DNA of 40,864 nucleotides from a virus (Duplodnaviria; Heunggongvirae; Uroviricota; Caudoviricetes): IMG/VR virus record IMGVR_UViG_2565956716_000008; one strand, 5' to 3'. Shown piece by piece: positions 38,217 to 40,864 of this stretch (position 1 is its first letter; each line of letters starts with the position of its first letter). The notes under the pieces were generated by a model. It saw only the letters and a program-made list of their open reading frames with translations, ran no database searches and was not told where the DNA came from. The position numbers and the translations under genes were made by a program.

Positions 38217-38264
38217 TACTGTGTTTGTATACAGTATTATTTTTAACTGTATAGATAAACAGTG
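38217..38264. promoter_or_regulatory. two LexA (SOS) boxes overlapping DinI-like promoter
   Basis: TACTGTGTTTGTATACAGTA (38217-38236) and AACTGTATAGATAAACAGTG (38245-38264); minus-strand TTGACA-17-TAAAAA. Confidence 0.6.
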
Positions 38265-39362
38265 TCAAGAGGCCTTATTTCTGCTCCTTTGGAGCTCTTC
38301 AAAACGATTATGTAAAGATTTCGGATACAGTTCGGTATATACCTGCCATAGCACGTTTAATGAACGATGCCCTGTAACCTGGGCGACTTCCTCAATACTA
38401 AAACCAGCCTCAAATAAGCGACTTGCCCCTTCTCTACGCAAATCATGGTATCGCAGATCTTTAATACCTAATTTGCTTCTTACCCTCTGGAATCCCGCAG
38501 TAACAGAAGTGCTGTTATATGGAAAAATGAATTCTGATTTTTTGGGTTGTCGTTGGACGATATCCCAGGCTTCCCCAAGCAAGGCTACTTTCATATGGTT
38601 GCCTTCCTTTTTACGTGGATCTTTCCTGTCTCTTACGAGTATGGATTTTTGTTCCTGATCGAGATCCTCCCATCGTAATCGGCATACTTCACCGATTCGC
38701 ATACATGACCACACAGAAAATTTGAGGATATCAACGAACGGAATTTTTGAGCATTTATGTGTAGATCGTTGTTGAAGACCTTCAATGAGCATGTCCAGTT
38801 CATCAGATGCCGGTCTACGATTACGACGATTTGATTTACCAATTAAACCAAGTTTAAGTAGATATGGACGAGCGGCTTTTGCTGGGTTTGATGTGTAATT
38901 AATTCCATATACAGGTTTGGCAGCATCCAGAACACTGCCAAGATAACTAACATCGTGGCTAACTGTAGCTGGACCTGCACCAGCGTTGTTTCTTAGCCTG
39001 CAATGTTCAATTACGTCATTTTCTGTCAGTTCAGATAGTTTGAGCGCGGAGACGTCACTATCCATAAGCAGTTCCAGCACATATCTTTTAGTACGGCCTG
39101 CTTTACCTCCGGCATTTGGGTCATTTAAATATTTGTGTAGTAAGTCACGGACTGTAAGTCCGTCAACTGCATTTGATGATGGAATGCCATATAGATCTAA
39201 TTCCATCACTTTCTGTGTGCCCCATGTTTTGGCATGAGCATGTTTAGGGAATGTTTTACTTTCCCTGTAAGTGATAACACCTTTTTCTTTGATAATCACA
39301 TTACAGCGATAGCGTGGTGTGCCATCGGATTTTAGTCGTTTCTCTATGTTATAGTATGCCAT
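38265..39362 (-). CDS. tyrosine integrase, dusA-associated
   Basis: 365 aa; R...HxLRR and conserved Tyr catalytic region; divergent from dusA. Confidence 0.85.
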   Translation of the reverse strand: MAYYNIEKRLKSDGTPRYRCNVIIKEKGVITYRESKTFPKHAHAKTWGTQKVMELDLYGIPSSNAVDGLTVRDLLHKYLNDPNAGGKAGRTKRYVLELLMDSDVSALKLSELTENDVIEHCRLRNNAGAGPATVSHDVSYLGSVLDAAKPVYGINYTSNPAKAARPYLLKLGLIGKSNRRNRRPASDELDMLIEGLQQRSTHKCSKIPFVDILKFSVWSCMRIGEVCRLRWEDLDQEQKSILVRDRKDPRKKEGNHMKVALLGEAWDIVQRQPKKSEFIFPYNSTSVTAGFQRVRSKLGIKDLRYHDLRREGASRLFEAGFSIEEVAQVTGHRSLNVLWQVYTELYPKSLHNRFEELQRSRNKAS

Positions 39363-39381
39363 TACACGACCTCGTTATTTC

Positions 39382-39418
39382 GGGTTCCCATAAAACGTGG
39401 GAACCTGTGCGGGAACCT
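39382..39418. repeat. GGGAACC motif repeats in int-dusA intergenic region (candidate integrase arm sites)
   Basis: gggttccc (inverted) then gggaacct twice directly repeated. Confidence 0.3.
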
Positions 39419-39450
39419 AACGCGAGAAAAATAGCCTGAAATGTTCAAAA

Positions 39451-40488
39451 ATGCACGATAATCATGAAACACAAAAAATTAATCAAACCAGCGTGATGCC
39501 TGAAAAAACTGGTGTTTACTGGAATTCTCGGTTTAGCATTGCTCCTATGCTCGACTGGACGGACAGACATTGCCGCTATTTCTTGCGTCTGCTTTCCCGC
39601 AATACGTTGCTGTATACCGAAATGGTGACCACAGGGGCGATTATTCACGGTAAAGGTGATTACCTGGCGTACAGTGAAGAAGAACATCCGGTAGCGTTGC
39701 AACTCGGCGGTAGCGATCCGGCGGCGCTGGCACAGTGTGCGAAGCTGGCAGAAGCGCGTGGATATGATGAGATCAACCTGAATGTCGGCTGCCCGTCTGA
39801 CCGGGTGCAGAACGGCATGTTTGGTGCGTGTCTGATGGGTAATGCGCAGCTGGTTGCCGACTGTGTGAAAGCGATGCGCGATGTGGTGTCGATTCCAGTG
39901 ACGGTGAAAACGCGTATTGGCATCGATGACCAGGACAGCTATGAATTTCTCTGCGATTTCATCAACACTGTTTCCGGCAAAGGCGAGTGTGAGATGTTTA
40001 TCATCCACGCACGTAAAGCCTGGCTTTCGGGGTTAAGCCCGAAAGAAAACCGTGAAATCCCGCCGCTCGATTATCCGCGTGTGTATCAACTGAAGCGTGA
40101 CTTTCCGCATCTGACAATGTCGATTAACGGTGGTATCAAGTCGCTGGAAGAGGCCAAAGCACACCTGCAACATATGGATGGCGTGATGGTCGGGCGCGAG
40201 GCGTATCAGAATCCGGGTATTCTGGCGGCAGTAGACCGGGAGATCTTTGGTTCCTCGGATACCGATGCCGATCCGGTGGCGGTAGTGCGCGCCATGTATC
40301 CGTACATTGAGCGTGAACTCAGCCAGGGGACGTATCTCGGCCATATTACCCGGCATATGTTGGGCTTGTTCCAGGGTATTCCTGGCGCGCGGCAGTGGCG
40401 GCGTTATTTAAGTGAAAATGCCCATAAAGCGGGTGCAGACATTAATGTGCTGGAACACGCGCTCAAACTGGTGGCGGATAAGCGTTAA
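39451..40488 (+). CDS. dusA: tRNA-dihydrouridine synthase A
   Basis: [17 protein letters not shown] and full-length Dus family sequence; alternative start at 39496. Confidence 0.9.
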   Translation: MHDNHETQKINQTSVMPEKTGVYWNSRFSIAPMLDWTDRHCRYFLRLLSRNTLLYTEMVTTGAIIHGKGDYLAYSEEEHPVALQLGGSDPAALAQCAKLAEARGYDEINLNVGCPSDRVQNGMFGACLMGNAQLVADCVKAMRDVVSIPVTVKTRIGIDDQDSYEFLCDFINTVSGKGECEMFIIHARKAWLSGLSPKENREIPPLDYPRVYQLKRDFPHLTMSINGGIKSLEEAKAHLQHMDGVMVGREAYQNPGILAAVDREIFGSSDTDADPVAVVRAMYPYIERELSQGTYLGHITRHMLGLFQGIPGARQWRRYLSENAHKAGADINVLEHALKLVADKR

Positions 40489-40570
40489 CTTTTCACCAAA
40501 AAGTAGTCAAATTCACCACGCCCTGCGCACCGTCGCGGGGCGTTTTGCTGTTAAATCAATAGATTATTTT

Positions 40571-40586
40571 TGGCATGATTCTTGTA
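40571..40586 (+). promoter_or_regulatory. candidate sigma54 promoter for pspG
   Basis: TGGCAT-N5-TTGT resembles -24/-12 element. Confidence 0.35.
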
Positions 40587-40621
40587 ATGCCAGCAAGAGA
40601 TTTCATATTTGGGAGAGCATC

Positions 40622-40864
40622 ATGCTGGAACTACTTTTTGTGATTGGCTTTTTTGTCATGCTGATGGTCACCGGCGTTTCGTTGCTGGGCATTATCGCCG
40701 CGCTGGTTGTGGCGACGGCCATTATGTTCCTCGGCGGTATGCTGGCATTGATGATTAAGTTGCTGCCGTGGTTACTACTGGCGATTGCGGTGGTGTGGGT
40801 TATTAAGGCGATTAAAGCACCAAAAGTGCCGAAATATCAGCGTTATGACCGCTGGCGTTACTAA
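40622..40864 (+). CDS. pspG: phage shock protein G
   Basis: 80-aa hydrophobic protein MLELLFVIGFFVML...; GGGAGA RBS; track ORF 5' extension rejected. Confidence 0.85.
   Translation: MLELLFVIGFFVMLMVTGVSLLGIIAALVVATAIMFLGGMLALMIKLLPWLLLAIAVVWVIKAIKAPKVPKYQRYDRWRY

Noticed and set aside
38221-38658. 145-aa plus-strand ORF
   Set aside because: Antisense to the integrase 3' region and begins inside the DinI promoter and LexA boxes.
39363-39450. Possible tRNA gene at the integrase-proximal attachment site
   Set aside because: No cloverleaf-compatible sequence seen; the integrase is adjacent to dusA, a known non-tRNA integration target.
40412-40864. 150-aa ORF extending pspG upstream
   Set aside because: The upstream part covers the pspG promoter region; the true start is the ATG at 40622 with a GGGAGA RBS.
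1-40864. Insertion sequences or transposase genes
   Set aside because: No transposase-like ORF or terminal inverted repeats recognised; the only mobile DNA is the prophage and its invertible segment.

Overview
Almost the whole window (about 1 to 39,400) is one prophage, and the right edge is host chromosome: dusA (39451..40488) followed by pspG (40622..40864). The prophage is a mosaic. Its minus-strand early-left operon (1250..5582) carries a DEDDh exonuclease plus DUF551, HD-domain and YfdQ-like genes. A lambdoid immunity region follows, with a LexA-like cI repressor (6692..7345), a divergent Cro-like gene and repeated palindromic operators. Rightward early genes include an iteron-containing replication initiator, a PerC-like regulator, a Dam-like methyltransferase, RusA, a KilA-N protein, a DUF968 protein and a Q-like late regulator. 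A lysis cassette (holin, lambda-R-type endolysin, overlapped Rz/Rz1) and a second DNA methyltransferase precede an HNH/terminase/HK97-type head module and a Mu-like contractile tail. The tail ends in an e14-like invertible tail-fibre switch with a Pin invertase, then a LexA-boxed DinI-like gene and a tyrosine integrase facing dusA. The three best candidates for undescribed biology are AT-rich cargo insertions: a Panacea-domain gene coupled to an unknown 139-aa partner at the left edge (1..1250), a convergent ORF pair beside the PL operators (6020..6458), and a promoter-to-terminator cassette for a small secreted protein inside the tail operon (29360..30023). All calls rest on reading the six-frame translations and the DNA by eye; no database search or structure prediction was run, so family names are recognised motifs, not verified hits.
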